DNA of 63,054 nt, the filler included, from Sphacelaria rigidula (taxonomy: Eukaryota), in NCBI GenBank assembly GCA_964200075.2. It is 9 parts of 9 records of this genome, joined end to end, with 100 filler letters (N's around TTAATTAATTAA, not from the genome) between each part and the next. Parts side by side here need not be neighbours in the genome. Positions count along the whole stretch, not along the records: positions 56,139 to 63,054 come from CAXNAA020017417.1; 8 more parts are not named here. One strand, given 5' to 3'. Numbering within the stretch: the stretch's first letter is position 1; each line of letters starts with the position of its first letter. The notes beneath the pieces were generated by a model. It did not search any database and was not told the origin of the DNA. It saw only the letters and a program-made list of their open reading frames with translations. The position numbers and the translations under genes are program-made. This document shows positions 62,161-63,054 of the stretch, one piece after another.

Positions 62161-62933
62161 GTGGAAACAGACTAATAGGGCGAGCATCCGAGTCATTGCT
62201 CGTTGTGGAAACAGACTAATAGGGCGAGCACTCAATTCATTACTCGTTGTGGAAACAGACTAATAGGGCGAGCACTCGAGTCATTGCTCGTTGTGGAAAC
62301 AGACGAATAGGGCGAGCACTCAATTCATTACTCGTTGTGGAAACAAACTAAAAGGGCGAGCACTCGAGTCATTGCTCGTAATGGGAAAAAATAAATACGG
62401 CGAGCACTCGAGTCATTGATCGTTGTGGAAAATTAAGCCCTTTTGGACCGGGCGTCCAGAACGACCAATGAGGCTGGTTAGGAATGACGTCTCTGGCTTC
62501 TGCACGAATCAGCGGCATGTTGCTGAAAATCCGCGTGTGTAACCGCAGGGTTACAAGGAAGACCGAAAGTTTCATCCAATGTATTTTCAGGCGCAGGGTG
62601 CGCATTATTAGGAAAGGTACAGATGATGTAGCAAGCAGTATGTGTCGCCGTCGAGAGCTTTCAACAGGATTTAGCCTCGCCGTGATTGGGCAGGTCGCTC
62701 CTTGACTTATTTTGAATTGTTCCATTAACACAGGGTCAACCCCGTGTTATTGGGGGGTCGGTCTCAAAAGGGTTAATAGGGCGAGCACTCGAGTCATTGC
62801 TCGTTGTGGAAAAAATTCAATAGGGCGAGCACTCGATTCATTGCTCGTTGTGGAAAAAAATAAATAGAGCGAGCACTCGAGTCATTCTCGTTGTGAGAAA
62901 AAACTAATAGGGCGAGCGCTTGAGTCATTGCTC
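62161..62933 (+). repeat. 44-bp minisatellite (about 10 units) interrupted by a MITE
   Basis: Unit GTGGAAACAGACTAATAGGGCGAGCACTCGAGTCATTGCTCGTT, head-to-tail with no unique spacers. Confidence 0.95.
62437..62772. mobile_element. piggyBac-like MITE with TTAA target-site duplication
   Basis: TTAA|GCCCTTTTGGACCG ... CGGTCTCAAAAGGG|TTAA. Removing the insert and one TTAA restores a minisatellite unit (GTGGAAAATTAATAGGGCGAGC). Confidence 0.82.
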
Positions 62934-63054
62934 CTTATGTTTTCAAAAAACGTCCACGAGTGCACTCGTTTCGGACACTTTCTACAATAGCCCCCCCCCA
63001 AAAACAGCACAACAGTGTCACGAAAAAGATGGCCATACAGCGCCTGATGTTTGG

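Noticed and set aside
62161..62933. CRISPR array
   Set aside because: Units are head-to-tail with no unique spacers, there are no cas genes, and the context is eukaryotic.

Overview
This is eukaryotic genomic DNA, intron-rich and dense in repeats, most likely from a brown alga (inferred from a stramenopile-type bHLH exon, a CBM1 exon, short GT-AG exons in kb-sized introns and long poly-G/C runs). The window is not one locus. It is nine unrelated scaffolds of 6918, 6918, 6917 (x6) and 6916 bp, sorted by size and joined by an artificial 44N-TTAATTAATTAA-44N linker, so adjacency across linkers has no biological meaning. Almost all entries in the ORF track are spurious. Gene pieces recoverable by hand-splicing are: an alanyl-tRNA synthetase exon, an aldo-keto-reductase-like exon, two exons of a small bacterial-like HhH-type hypothetical protein, three in-phase exons of an unknown low-complexity protein, a poly-Q bHLH factor exon, four exons of exosome subunit MTR3/EXOSC6, and a CBM1 cellulose-binding exon that the ORF track missed. 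The rest is mostly mobile DNA: a five-copy tRNA-derived SINE family, two ~1.4-1.6 kb elements with ~400-bp inverted arms (one nested in another element), mariner-, Harbinger- and piggyBac-type MITEs, and 44-, 97- and 100-bp tandem repeats. I found no CRISPR array, no rRNA, no intact tRNA and no complete novel system. The best leads are the intron-containing bacterial-like domain, the CBM1 exon, the His-less AKR exon and the long-TIR/nested elements. All family assignments come from motif recognition by eye, not from database searches.
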